The notes under the pieces were generated by a model. It saw only the letters and a program-made list of their open reading frames with translations, did no database searches and was not told the origin of the DNA. From positions 60,576,001 to 60,640,000 of the forward strand of contig CM059432.1 of assembly GCA_030390025.1 (NCBI GenBank): DNA of 64,000 nt, written 5' to 3'. Shown here in pieces: positions 22,840 to 36,396 of the stretch. Within the stretch, counting starts at the first letter, position 1; the number at the start of each line of letters is the position of its first letter. This DNA is from Squalus acanthias. Its lineage: Eukaryota. The position numbers and the translations under genes were made by a program.

Positions 22840-23690
22840 CATTCACTGGAATCAGAGCCTGACTAGGCGTTCACAGACAGCCTGTCCGGAATGGGGATCT
22901 GCTGCCTGCCTCCTCCCTTCCTTCTCTTCCTCTTCCTCTTCTTCCTCCTCCTCCTCCTCCTGAGGTGGTCCCAGAACCCCTGGTGGTAAGGGCTGCACCT
23001 TCTTGCTGGCTAAGTTGTGGAGCATACAGCAGACCACCACGAAATGGGACACCCGCTCCGGCATGTACTGGAGGGCTCCTCCCGAGCGGTCAAGGCAGCG
23101 GGACAATTGCTTTAGCACCCCAGTGGTCTGCTCGACGACGTTCCTCATGGTAACATGGCTGCCATTATATGAGTACTGGCCACGAGTGTTGGGGTTGCGG
23201 AGGGGAGTCATCAGCCATGTGTAGAGCGGATAGCCCTTGTCTCTGAGCAGTCACCCTTGGGTTTGACGTAGAGGCTGGAAGATTGCTGGCACACCAGACT
23301 AGCGCAGGATAAAGGCATCATGACTGCTGCCAGGATACCGGGCATTTACCATCATGATGAGCCACACAACGCCACATTATGTGAGTGGTAGCCTTTGCAG
23401 TTACAGAACATCTCAGGATATGTATGCGGTGCCTGCAAAGCCACGTGTGTGCAGTCGATGGCACCATGCAGAAGCCCGATATCCTGGCAAAGTCACATGT
23501 GCGCTCGTCCTGCTTCTCTCTGTTCAGAAGCAGAGCCTCTCTCTGTGACCTCCCGGATGCAGCGATGGACGGCAAACTGGGATATGTTAGCTATGTTGCC
23601 TGCTCCAGACTGGAATGATCCGATGGCGAAAAGACTGAGGGTCATGGTGACCTTGAGGACCACTGGGAGAGCCGTCGTCACCCTGCTCTG
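22840..23690 (-). pseudogene. Harbinger (HARBI1-like, DDE_Tnp_4) transposase remnant
   Basis: GSFQ...ISQFAVHRCIREVT; MTPLRNP...YNGSH...[12 protein letters not shown]...CCMLHN followed by an acidic tail; several frameshifts. Confidence 0.85.
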
Positions 23691-24364
23691 AGATTCTGGT
23701 CTGGTTGCAGGAGGTGGCAGAGTTCCTGTTGTTGCTACTGCTGTTGCTGCTGTTGTTGTTCCTGGTTCTGCTGCTGCCGTGGCTGCTCTTCATTCAAATC
23801 TGAGGTCCAGGATGAAAGGAAATAAATGGTTCCCATGCTGCTGGTAGATACCTCAGTTGAGGAAGCGTTCAGTCAATGTGGAGAGAGGGTTTTCCCAGGA
23901 GGTCACCGTGGAGATGGATCTCAGCTTCACCACTTCCAAGATCAGTAGACCTGCAAGAAGTTCTCCAAGACCTGAAAAAACAAAGTTCTGCCACCTGCAA
24001 CTGATCCTTGTTGAAATCTCCATTTTTATGGTGGAGCTGCAGCTGTTAGGAAGCCAGCCACTTGTTAACCCGACAGGATTGGCTGGCGTGTTTCAGGGGA
24101 GACGTGCAGCACGCTGGAAATGTGGGAAAATGTGAAAGGCCTCTCAAAATGGCATTATAGAGGTTCTGAAGTAGTAGTTAAGTGCCTTAAGGGCCTATCC
24201 CGCCGCTTGGAGGTGCGACCGAAATGGACTCTGCAAGCCGCCTCTGGCAAAGTTGCGCGGAGGCGGGTTGACGGCGGGATCAGAACCCTGCCGTCATTTT
24301 TTACAAAGTTTCCCACCTGACCTGCCTTCAATCCCGCTTCCTCAGGGCTGGTAAAATCTAGCCC

Positions 24365-27300
24365 TTTGTGTCCTCCTCACAACTTGCTTTCCCACCTATC
24401 TTTGTATCATCAGCAAATTTGGCTTCAGTACACACGGTCCCTTCATCCAAGTCATTAATATAGATTGTAAATAGTTGAGGCCCCAGCACTGATCCTTGTG
24501 GCACCCCACTAGTTACAGTTTACCAACCTGAAAATGAACAATTTATCCCGACTCTCTTTTTTATGTTAGTTAGCCAATCCTCTATCCATGCTAATATATT
24601 ACCCCCAACCCTGTGAGCTCTTATCTTGTGCAGTAACCTTTTATGTGGCACCTTATCGAATGCCTTCTGGAAATCCAAATACACTACATCTACTGGTTCC
24701 CCTTTATCCACCCTGCTCGTTACATCCTCAAAGAACTCTAGTAAATTTTTCAAACACGATTTCCCTTTCATACAATCAAGCAGAGTCAACATGGTTTTAT
24801 TATGATTTTCTAAATGTCCTGCTATTACTTCCTTAATAATGGATTCCTACATTTTTCCAATGACAGATGTTAGGCTAACTGGCCTATAGTTTCCTGCTTT
24901 CTGCCTCCCTCCTTTCTTGAATAGGGTCGTTACATTTGTGGTTTTCCAATCCGCTGGGACCTCTATGACTCTCCAGAATCCAGGGAATTTTGGTAGAATA
25001 CAACCAACGCATCCACTATCTCTGCAGCCACTTCTTTTAAGACCCTAGGATGTAGGCCATCAGGTCCGGGGACTTGTCAGCCTTTAGTCCCATTGGTTTG
25101 CCTAGTACTTTTTCTCTAGTGATTGTCATTGTTTTAAGTTCCTCCCTCCCTATAGCCCCTTGATTATTAATTATTATTGGGATACTTTTGGTGTCTTCTA
25201 CCATGAAGACTGATACAAAATATTTGTTTAAAGTCTCTGCCATTTCCTGGTTTCCCATTATTCATTCCCTAGTCTCATCCTCTAAGGGACCAACGTATAC
25301 TTTAGCTACTCTTCCTTTTTATATACCTGTAGGAGCTCTTACTCTCTGTTTTTATATTTTTTGCTAGTTTAATTTCATAATCTATCTTCTCCCTCTATTA
25401 TTTTTTTAGTCATCCTTTGCTGGTTTCTAAAAATTTCCCAATCCTCTGGCCTACCACTAATCTTTGCAACATTGTATGCCTTTTCTCTCAATTTGATACC
25501 ATCCTTAACTTCCTTAGTTAGCCACGGATGGTTCATCCTTCTCGTAGAGTCTTTCTTTCTCACTGGAATAAACCTTTGTTGAGAGTTATGAAATATCTCC
25601 TTAAATGTCTGCCACTGCTTATCTACCGTCTTATCCTTTAATCTATTTTCCCAGTCTACTTTAGGCAACTCTGTCTTCATACCTTTGTAATTGCCTTTAT
25701 TTAAGTTTAGGACACTAGTTCCAGACCCAAGTTTCTCACCCTCAAACTGAATTTGAAATTCTATCATGCTATGGATCACTCTTCCCTAGAGGATCCCTTA
25801 CTATGAGATTATTAATTAATCCTGTCTCATTACACATTACCAGATCTAAAATAGCCTTCTCCCTGGTTGGTTCCACAACGTATTATTCGAAGAAACCATC
25901 CCGAATTCTATGAACTCGTCCTCAAAGCTACCCTTGCCAATTTGATTTGTCCAATCTATATGAAGAATAAAACCACCCATGATTATCACAGTACCTTTCT
26001 TACAAGCCCGTATTATTTCTTGATTTATACTCTGTGCTACGGTGTAGCTACTGTTAGGGGGCCGATAGACTACTCCCACCAGTGACTTCTTTCACCAGAA
26101 TAACTACCAACCATAATAAAGAAAAATTGGTATAGTTATTTCTTATCTCCACCCAAACTGATTCTACATCTTGATCTTCTGAGCCAATATAATTTCTCAC
26201 CACTGCACTGTTCTCATCCTTTATTAACAGAGCTACCCCACCTCCTTTTCCTTTCTGCCTATCCTTCCAAAATGTCAAATACCCCTGAATATTCAATTCC
26301 CAGCCTTGGTCACCTTGCAATCACGTCTCTGTAATGGCTATCAGATCATACCCATTTATTTCTACTTGTGCCGTCAACGCATCTATCTTGTTACGAATGC
26401 TGCGTACATTCACATAAAGAGCCTTTAATTTTGTCTTTTTACCATTTTTCCCTACTCTGACTCTATTTGCTGGTGCACACTTATGTTCATACGCTCTGTC
26501 TCCTCCTGTCACACTCTGGCTATATGTGGGGTTATGGGGATAGGATGGGATATGTTAGGGGGAATTAAATACGTGGGGTTACGGGGGTAGGGTGGGATAT
26601 GTGTACTGTGGGGATTAAAGCAGGGACAGGGTACTGGATTTGAATGATCAGCCATGATCATATTGAATGGTGGAGCAGGCTCGACGGGCCGAATGGCCTA
26701 CTCCTGCTCCTAGATTCTATATTTCTATGTTTCTATTACCCCTATCGCTACCCTGCACTATTGCCTTCTCCTTTCTCTTTGACTTTTTAAATTCCCTTTC
26801 ACCTGAAGCCTCCCCACTATTTAATTTAAAGCCCTATCTACCGCCCTAGTTATTCGATTCGCCAGGACACTGGTCCCAGCATGGTTCAAGTGAAGCCCGT
26901 CCCAACGGAACAGCTTCTTCTTTCCCCAGTACTGGTGCCAGTGCCCCATGAATCGAAACCCATTTCTCCCACACCAATCTTTGAGCCACGCATTGAACGC
27001 TCTGATCTTATTGACTCTATGCCAATTTGCTCGTGGCTCAGGTAGTTATCCAAAGATTATTACCTTTGTGGTTCTGCTTTTTAATTTGGCCCCTAGCTGC
27101 TCATACTCCCTCAGCAGAACCTCTTTCTTAGTCCTACCTGTCATTGGTACCGACGTGGACCACGACAACTGGATCTTTCCCCTCACACTCCAAGTTCCTC
27201 TCCAGCCCCGAGGAGATGTCCTTAACCCTGGCACCCGGGCAGGCAACACAGCCTTCGGGACTCACGCTCTCGGCTGCAGAGAACAGTATCTATCCCCCTA

Positions 27301-27977
27301 ACTATACTGGCCCCTACCACTACTACATTTCTTTTTACTCCCCCAACTTGAATGGCCCCCTGTACCATGGTGCTGTGGTCAGTTTGCTCATCCTCCCTGC
27401 AGTCCCTGCTCTCGTCCACACCGGCTGATGGACAAATGCAAGGGCTAAGGCTCCTCCAATGCTACCTTCTGGATCCCCATACCTGCCTCACTCGTAGTCA
27501 CACCCTACTGTCCCTAACCACGGACCAGATTTGAAGTATTTAACCTAAGGGGTGTGACTGCCTCCTGGAACAAAGTATCCAGGTAACTTTCTCCCTCCCT
27601 GATGTATCGCAGTGTCTGAAGCTCGGACTCCAGCTCATCAACTCTGAACCGAAGTTCCTCGAGCTGCAGACACTTACTGCAGATGTGGTTGCTGTGGATC
27701 ACACTGGGGTCCACCAGCTCCCACATGCTACAGCTGCAACACATCACCTGCCCTGCCATCTCTATTTTATTTTATTTAACTAATTATGTTTTCAAGTTTT
27801 GGACTATCACTCAATTGTCTATATATAGTTTTTAAACTATAATCACGGCTCTTAATTTAAACCAATGACCAAGTTTAGAGAAAAAGAAATACTCACCAAA
27901 TACTCTGTATACTCACAGAATCTCCCGCTCTCTATACTCAGCGAATCTCCCGCTATGTTTACTCACCGAATCTCCCG
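24365..27977 (-). mobile_element. CR1 LINE, 5' portion (ORF1 Zn-finger/esterase, APE and N-terminal RT), truncated by the Harbinger end
   Basis: MAGQVMCCSCSMWE...CSKC, VVVGASIVRG, YVNVRSIRNK, LDFQKAFDKVPH, FADDTK; tandem actcaccgaatctcccg repeats at the 5' end. Confidence 0.88.
26521..26735 (+). mobile_element. 5'-truncated V-SINE (HE1-like) inserted in CR1
   Basis: Near-identical to 29540-29745. Confidence 0.85.
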
Positions 27978-29321
27978 TAATAAATGCTGGCCTTGCCAGT
28001 GACTCGCACATCTCGGGAACAAATAAAAAAAATCTGGAGCTACAAAAAGCTGAGTCAGTCCAGTTAGCTCCCATAAGTAGCATTATAAGCAGAAAAAAAC
28101 AAATGTGTATTAATGAAAATTAAATTCAAAATTATTGTTTAGCTTAGAGTTTGTGAACCATTTATTATTTTTTCCTGTTCATGGAGTTGGTGTCGTCTAA
28201 AATCTACATTATTACTGTTATTTGCTTGTTCATCTATTCAATCAATTTGTTTGAGAGTTGATGCTTATTACTAGGTCTTTTCTTGGTGTTACTCTGCCAC
28301 TTTTTAAGATGAGGTTAATCCTTTGGAGGTACACAATCGATTCAGTACCTAAAGGAATCTAAGGAAAGGCTTTCTGTTCATTATCCTGGGCATCAAAGAT
28401 AGTATCAATACTCATGAGGCTATAGAGAGCTAAAACTTACTCAAGAGACTAGTCATAAATATTTAAGCCAAAAAATCTAGAGATCAAGGGCAGGAAAGAC
28501 CGAAGTATATAACATCACTGGTGAATGGATGGAAGGGCTTAATGGACCTGATCTTTTCTCGCCCTTCTTTTTGTATGTTAGTATCTAGATGATGGACAAG
28601 CAACTTATTCCAAAGCCCGTAACAATGTTGAACTAACCAGCTACTAAAAGTATAATAAAAATCATCCAAAATATCTTACTAACAGGCTATGGGAAATCAG
28701 GGTTTCCATGTGTTGTGAACTCTGGAATTAGAAGACTTTTTCTTCTGGGTTAATGGTTTCTTTTACAGTTAATAACGTTCTATAGTTTAATACCTTTTTC
28801 TAATTTTATTTTTTATTGCAAAATATCTCCAACCCCACCCCACTCATCTTCATGGTATAGCAGATATGAATTTAAACCCATGTGATCTAAGGAGCAATTT
28901 ACAGTTACTGACATGGGGGGGGCGTGGAGAGGGGAAGAAGAATTAAAATAGAAAATGGAAAGGGAATTGCTGATGTAAAAGGTTGGGCCAATGCTGACAG
29001 AGACAGACTTAGGGCATTTAATTAGAGACCAGATACCAGACTAACCAGGAGTTTGGGGGTAATGAAATCAATATCTTGAGTATCACTAAGCAATTTGCCA
29101 GAGGATCGTCTGAAGGATTAAAACCTTCATATTAGAGGCAGTGTTTGAATAGTTAAAGTTTGTTTTATGAGTATCATGTAGAGGTGAAAACTGGGGGGTA
29201 ATTTTCCAACTTTGTGTTTATCGCAGGAAGCATCACCCACTAGGAACACATATCAGAATTTGGATTAAAATAGTCGGAAAATCATACAGCACATGCCTGA
29301 ATTTCCAATATATGCTACAAG

Positions 29322-29757
29322 TGGGCATGGTGGCATAGTGGTTAGCACTGGTGCCTCACAGCGCCAGAGACCCGGGTTCGAATCTGACCTCGGGTGACTG
29401 TCTGTGTGGAGTTTGCACATTCTCCCCGTGTCTGCGTGGGTTTCCTCCGGGTGCTCCGGTTTCCTCCCACAGTCCAAAAATGTGTGGGTTAGGTTGATTT
29501 GGCTATGATAAATTGACCCTTAGTGTTAGGGGGGATTAAATATGTGGGGTTATGGGGATAGGATGGGATATGTTAGGGGGAATTAAATATGTGGGGTTAC
29601 GGGGGTAGGGTGGGATATGTGTACTGTGGGGATTAAAGCAGGGACAGGGTACTGGATTTGGATGATCAGCCATGATCGTATTGAATGGCGGAGCAGGCTC
29701 GACGGGCCGAATGGCCTACTCCTGCTCCTAGATTCTATGTCTATGTCTATGTCTATG
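29322..29757 (+). mobile_element. Full-length V-SINE (elasmobranch HE1-like) with CR1-derived tail
   Basis: Pol III A box (tggcatagtgg) and B box (gttcgaatc); V-domain tgtgtggagtttgcacattctccccgtgtctgcgtgggtttcc; CR1-like tail ending in (ctatgt)n. Confidence 0.9.
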
Positions 29758-29910
29758 TTCCCCACCAGAACCGGGAAGTCAGAAAGTTACCCCTTGTAAA
29801 CCCATACTTTTAGTTAACAATTAAATGAGCATAGACATGTGCAGGTAAAAGCATATTTCTAGGAAGAGAAGAAGTGCAGAAAGGACAAAATTTCATGAAA
29901 AACACTTCCA

Positions 29911-30694
29911 GGGGGAAAAATTCGTCTGGTTAGCACCTCGGGGTGAGGGGTGCTAATGGGACGCTAGGAACTTAGCGCCCGAGCGCGGCGATATTAGCAC
30001 TGCTCACGAAAATGACCAGTTGTTTTGCGGCGGCGCTGAACACTACCGCCACAATCTCCTGTGCCCGCAGATCGTGACGTCAGTCAAGCGTGCAATGCCC
30101 CAGTAACGCCCCAGACCGGATATTGAGCCGCGCCCCCTGCCTTAGCGCCTGCCGCTAGGAATGACAGGTAGAGGGGAACATTTTCAAGTCAGGAAGGGGC
30201 TGGGGGAGCGCTATTTAAAGGCGGGCGCTGCCTGCCTTTTCTTGTTGGCAAAATTTTTGGTCCTAAGGAGTTGTGGCCCTCAACACCACTTTTGAGGTTC
30301 CTAAGCGACGAGCTCTTTCCCTGGGCCTATCCGTTAGTGCTTCCAACACAATTGCTTTTGCGGTCTCTTCAGGCAGAGATTCAAGGCTGCAATGAGCAGG
30401 GAGTGGCTGGCCATCAAGTTGTCCCCTCCCCTTTAAGGACTGGACAACGCCAGTCTGTCTGGCTTCCATGGTAATTGACATCGCCTGAGCTTCGGTAGCG
30501 TTCTGGGGTAGCGCCTCGCTCCCTGACGTTTGCGCCTTAAGAGAGATGTGTAGCGCCTGATTTAGCACTCAAATCACCTCCAGGGGCGATAGAGACGAAT
30601 TTTGCAGTTGGAGGCGATAATTAGTGCCGTGCGCTAAACTTTGTGCCCGGCTGATATTAGCGCCCTAAAATGGGCGATACCGAATTTTTCCCCC
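29911..30694. mobile_element. GC-rich MITE with TIRs, probably Harbinger-type
   Basis: TIRs gggggaaaaattcg / cgaatttttccccc; homologous to 10195-10828. Confidence 0.75.
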
Positions 30695-33432
30695 CCTGTA
30701 ATTCAAAACATTAACTGCTAATTTGCTGCAGCATTAGGACTAGTCCAGCTAGTGTGCCAGCCTCTCCCTATTCTCAATTGTTTTTCTTCTAAACTTCAAA
30801 AAAACAGCACAGCAATTAGCATTGAGGTGTCACTGCTCAAAAATCATTTAGTTAGCCTACGGCAACAACTTCCATCCTCAAACTCTCTACCCTTCAAATA
30901 GCTTCTGGACTTCACTGACCTGCTTTGGACAGCGGTTCGTCGATGCTCCGGGCCGGCTCCATCCTGCTTAGGTCGGATTTGTCCTTCCATGGGACCTCTG
31001 ACTTTGACCCTGGTCTCCCTACTATTGTCTCCAACCTATTCCCTCCTGCCAGGAAATATATATTCCATTAATTACTACATTTAAACAGGCCTATGTAACC
31101 TGAGCTTTTCCCATGTCTATTCACATGCGTACTTTGACTGCCGCTCCGGACCCGAGCCATTCAATAGTTTTCCACTTTTTCCCCCTCTTTTCCTTTTCTC
31201 TCTATCCATCCCTCTCTTCTCTCGTCATACCTTCTTTCATCTCTCCTCTCTCGGATACTCTGCCCTCCCAAATCCCCACCCCAATCCTCCATTACTCTTC
31301 GATCTTCCTACTCTCCTGCCACCGTCCCAGGCTTGACTCCCTCTTCGATAAGCCTACAGCTTCACTTTGTGCCTCTCTTGGCATCCTACGAAGGGCCCAT
31401 TGAGTCACTCGTCGCTGCCGCCTTACGATCAGCAACCCCAACTGTCCCATCCTACTCCCTCGCCGACCTTCCCGCCCAGCGCGCTCACTTGGGGAAAATC
31501 TTGCCAATCTCCTCCCCATCCAACTCATCCCCCCCCCCCCCAACGCTGACCCTGTGGACGCTGGCAGTGGGGCAGCCATCAACGACCCTCTCCGCATCTC
31601 CCTCCAGAATGTCCGGTCACTTGCGAACAAGGCCCTTGCCTTCCATGAGCTTATCGTGGATGATTGCATCGACATCATGGCCCTGACGGAAACTTGGTTC
31701 AGGGGTGATGGCACCTTACGCTTAAATGAAACCTCCCTGCCTGGCTATACCTTCCACCACTTGCCCCACTCAGACTGCCGTGGTGGCGTTGTGGCTCTCA
31801 TCACCAAATCACACCTTGGTCTGTCCCCCTACTCCTCCGGCACTTTCTCCTACTTTGAGCATCCCTCTCACCGCTCATTTAAAATTCTCGTTCTCTACCG
31901 TCCACCCAAGTACCATAAAAATTTTATTACCGAGATATTTTTACGGCTCTCCTCCCTCAGCCTCTGCACCGATCGACTTCTCATCCTCGGTGATTTCAAC
32001 CGCCATCTCAATTCATCATGCTCTCTCTCCTCTGAGTTCACTAGCCTCCTATCCTCCCTTAATCTCTCCCTCCATGTAAACTCCCCAACCCATATTCACG
32101 GCCACCCCCTCGGCCTTGCCATCTCTCGTGGCCTTGCTACTCCCATCGTGTCAATCGCAGATAAGGCCATCTCTGACCACTTCCTCGTATCGCTCTCCAC
32201 TCACATCCCCCTTCCACCGCCCGCCAATGCTACTTCCTTCTGTATCTGCCCCTGGAAAAAAACTCTCTCCCAACTCTCTTACAACTGCACTTATGAAATC
32301 CCAACTGTCCAGCCTTTGGCCCTCCATTCACCATGACATTTCTGCAGCTACCGATCTGCTCAACCACACACTCACCACCACCTTTGATGCCCTAGTCCCT
32401 ATTAAAACAATTACTCTCTCTCACCCTGGTCGTTGCCCCTGGTATGGCCCTCATCTTCACTCCCTTAAGTCCAAGGGACGCAGACTTGAACGGATATGGC
32501 GGACAACTGGTTTAGCCATTCACCGCCAGATCTGGCTGGACCACATAAAGCATTATCGGGTCTGCTCTCATCTGCCAAAATTGCTCACTATTCCAGAATC
32601 ATTCTGGAATGCAAAGATATTACCCGGCTCCTATTCTCTACTGCTACCCGTCTTCTTAAACCCCTCTCCCCTGTCTCTTCCACCCTCACCTCTGACAACA
32701 AGTGTAAGGAGCTCATGGACTTCTTTGTCTCTAAGATTGAGACCATCCGTTCACCTGCCTCTGCCACTTCCCTTCCTTCCCCTAGCCCACCGGGCCAAAC
32801 TTCCTCTAAGGTTCCCCCCTGCCCTAGCCCTGAACTCACATCTTTCTCCAGTTTCTCTCCAATCTTCCCTCATGACCTCTCCGCACTCATCTTGTCCATG
32901 AGACCCACTTCCTGCTCCCTCGACCCTATTCCCACCAAACTGCTGACCACCCAACTTCCTTTTCTGGCTCCCATGTTAGCTGACATTGTTAACGGTTCTC
33001 TCTCCTCAGGTACTGTCCCCCTCTCCCTCAAATCTGCCGTCATCACCCCTCTCCTCAAAAAACCAACCCTTGACCCCTCCGTCTTTGCAAACTACCGCCC
33101 CATCTCCAACATCCCTTTCCTCTCCAAAGTCCTTGAACGTGTTGTCGCCTCCCAAATTTGTGCCCATCTTTCCCGCAGTTCCATGTTTGAATCCCTCCAA
33201 TCAGGTTTCCGGCTTTGCCACAGTACCAAAACGGATCTCATCAAAGTCACAAATGACATCCTTTGTGACTGTGACAAAGGTAAATTATCCCTCCTCGTCC
33301 TTCTCGACCTGTCTGTAACCTTTGACACGGTTGACCACTCCATCCTCCTCCAACGCCTCTCCACCGTCGACCAGCTGGATGGGACTGCACTCGCCTGGTT
33401 CCATTCTTATCTATCGCATCGTAGCCAGAGAA

Positions 33433-34487
33433 TAAGAACATAAGAACATAAGAAATAGTAGCAGGAGTAGGCCAATCGGCCCCTCGAGCCTGCTCCGCCA
33501 TTCAATAAGATCATGGCTGATCTGATCCTAACCGCCAATCTACTATCTATCACAGAACCATCTCCTGCATCTAACAGAATTGCACACACGAAATAGGAGC
33601 AGAATCAGGCTACACAGTCCCTGGGCCCGCTCCACTACCCACAGGGCCATGACCGATCCGAACCTAGACTCATGTCCAAATTCCTGCCCGCTCCCCGTAA
33701 CCCTTAATGCCCTTTACTTCTAGGAAACTGTCTATTTCTGTTTTAAATTTATTTAATGTTGTAGCTTCTACAGCTTTTTGTGGCAGCATATTCCATGGAC
33801 CTACCACCCTCTGAGTGAAGTAGTTCCTCCTCATCTCAGTTTTGAAAGAGCAGCCCCTTATTCTAAGACTATGTCCCCTAGTTCTCGTCTCACCCGTCAT
33901 CGGGAACATCCTCCCCGCATCCACCCGATCCAACCCCTTCACAATCTTATATGTTTCAATAAGATCGCCTCTCATTCTTCTGAACTCCAATGAGTAGAGT
34001 CCCAATCTACCCAACCTCTCCTCATATGACCACCCCCTCATCCCCGGGATTAACCGAGTGAACCTTTTTTGCACTGCCTCGAGAGCAAGGATGTCTTTCC
34101 TTAAGTAAGGACACCAAAACTGTATGCAGTATTCCAGGTGCGGTCTCACCAATACCTTGTACAACTGAAGCAATACCTCCCTATTTTTATATTCTATCCC
34201 CCTAGCAATGAAAGCCAACATTCCATTTGCCTTCTTAATCACTTGCTGCACCTGCATACTAACCTTTTGAGTTTCGTGCACCAAGACCCCCAGATCCCTT
34301 TGCACTTCAGTACTCTCCAGTTTCTTGCCATTAAGATAATAAATTGCTCTAGGATTTTTCCTGCCAAAGTGCATCACCTCACACTTTCCAGTGTTGTATT
34401 CCATCTGCCAAATCTCTGCCCACTTACTTAGCCTGTCTATGTCCCCTTGCAGGTTTTTTATGTCCTCCTCACTCACTACTTTCCCTC
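33433..34487 (-). mobile_element. 5'-truncated CR1 with an open C-terminal ORF2 frame
   Basis: ORF 33670-34518; 3' end with (tcttatgt)n-type microsatellite. Confidence 0.92.
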
Positions 34488-35020
34488 CCTGCAACAGCTT
34501 CTCTTCCCGCTCCCGCATTGTTACCTCTGGTGTCCCCCAAGGATCTATCCTTGGCCCCTCCTATTTCTCATCTACATGTTGCCCCTTGGCGACATCAGCC
34601 GGAAACACAGCGTCAGTTTCCACATGTACGCTGATGACACCCAGCTCTAGCTCACTACCACCTCTCTCGAACCCTCCACAGTCTCTAAATTGTCAGACTG
34701 CTTGTCCGACATCCAGTTCTGGAAGAGCAGAAATTTTCTCCAGTTAAATATTAGGAAGACCGAAACCATTGTTTTCGGTCCCCGCCACAAACTCCGTTCC
34801 CTAGCCACTGACTCCATCCCTCTTCCTAACATCTGTCTGAGGCTGGACCACACTGTTTACAACCTTGGTGTCATATTTGACCATATATCTGCGGCATAGC
34901 TAAGACCGCCTATTTCCACCTCTGTAACATCGTCCGTCTCCGCCCCTGCCTCAGCTCATCCGCTGCCGAAACCCTCATCCATGCATTTGTTCCCTCTAGA
35001 ATTGACTATTCCAACGCATT

Positions 35021-36396
35021 TACCTGACATCGGCAGTGGGGAAAATGCTAGAGTCCATTATAAAAGATGTAATAGCAGAGCACTTGGAAAACAGTGACAG
35101 GATCGGACAAAGTCAACATGGATTTACAAAAGGTAAATCATGCTTGACAAATCTACTGGAATTTTTTGAGCATGTAACTGGTAGAATTGATAAGGGAGAA
35201 CCAGTGGATGTAGTGTATTTGGACTTTCAGAAGACTTTCGACAAGGTCCTGCATAAAAGATTAGCATGCAAAGTTAAAGCACATGGGATTGGGGGTAAGG
35301 TACTGACTTGGATAGAGAACTGGTTGGCAGACAGGAAGCAAAGAGTTGGAATAAACGGGTCTTTTTCCGAGTGGCAGGCAGTGACTAGTGGGGTACCGCA
35401 GTGATCGGTGCTAGGACCCCAGCTATTCACAATATATAGTAATGATTTAGACGAGGGAACTAGATGTAATATCTCCAAGTTTGCAGATGACACAAAGCTG
35501 GGTGGGCGAGTGTGCTGTGAGGAGGATGCAGAGAAACTCCAGTATGATTTGGACAGGTTGGGTGAGTGGGCACATGCATGGCAGATGCAGTAAAATGTGG
35601 ATAAATGTGAGGTTATCCACTTTGGTGTCAAAAACAGGAAGGCAGATTATTATCTGAACGGCAATAGATTGGGAAAAGGGGTGGTGCAACGAGACCTGGG
35701 TGTCCTTGTGCACCAGTCGCTGAAGTTAAGCATGCAGGTGCAGCAGGCGGTTAAGAAGGCAAATGGTATGTTGGCCTTCATAGCGAGAGGATTCGAGTAC
35801 AGGAGCAGGGATGTCTTGCTGCAGTTGTACAGGGCCTTGGTGAGACCACACCTTGAGTATTGTGTGCAGTTTTGGTCGCCTTATCTGAGGAACGATGTTC
35901 TTGCCATGGAGGGAGTGCAGCGAAGATTCACCAGACTGATACCTGGGATGGCAGGGATGACGTATGAAGAGAGATTGGATCGATTAGGCTTATACTCGCT
36001 AGAGTTTAGAAGAATAAGAGGGGATCTCATTGAAACTTATAAAATTCTAACAGGACTAGACAGACTAGATGCAGGAAGGATGTTCCCGATGGTGGGTGAG
36101 TCCAGAACCAGGGGTCAGAGTCTAAGGATAAGGGGTAAGCTATTTAGGACTGAGATGAGGAAGAATTTCTTTACCCAGAGAGTTAAATCTGTGGAATTCT
36201 CTACCACAGAAGGCAGTTGAGGCCATCATTAAATATATTCAAGAAGAAGTTAGATATAGTTCTTAAGGCTAAAGGGATATTTGGAGAAAGCAGGGACAGG
36301 GTACTGAATTTGGATGATCAGCCATGATCTCATTGAATGGTGGAGCAGGCTTGAAGGGCCGAATGGCCTACTCCTGATCCTATCTTCTATGTTTCT
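35021..36396 (+). mobile_element. 5'-truncated CR1
   Basis: QHGFTKGKSCLTNLLEFF, FADDTKLGG, RPHLEYCVQFWSP; CR1 3' UTR. Confidence 0.92.

Larger units (their letters stand above)
17182..24364. mobile_element. PIF/Harbinger transposon (possibly composite) with decayed Myb/SANT gene (+) and DDE transposase (-), interrupted by the PLE palindrome
   Basis: Ends ggcctagaaatt... and ...ggtaaaatctagccc; convergent two-gene layout typical of Harbinger. Confidence 0.8.

Noticed and set aside
22915..22962. Poly-Glu/poly-Ser and (CTG)n tracts (also 23727-23790, 6261-6285) as host coding repeats
   Set aside because: They are low-complexity parts of the Harbinger elements.
22840..23690. Host HARBI1 gene
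   Set aside because: Frameshifted, paired with a Myb remnant and enclosed by transposon-like ends inside an intron.
27890..27977. CRISPR-like repeat array
   Set aside because: Short degenerate tandem repeats at a CR1 5' end in a vertebrate intron; no unique spacers and no cas genes.
29322..29400. tRNA gene (also 58505-58575)
   Set aside because: The A/B boxes run directly into SINE body and LINE-derived tail; these are SINE heads.
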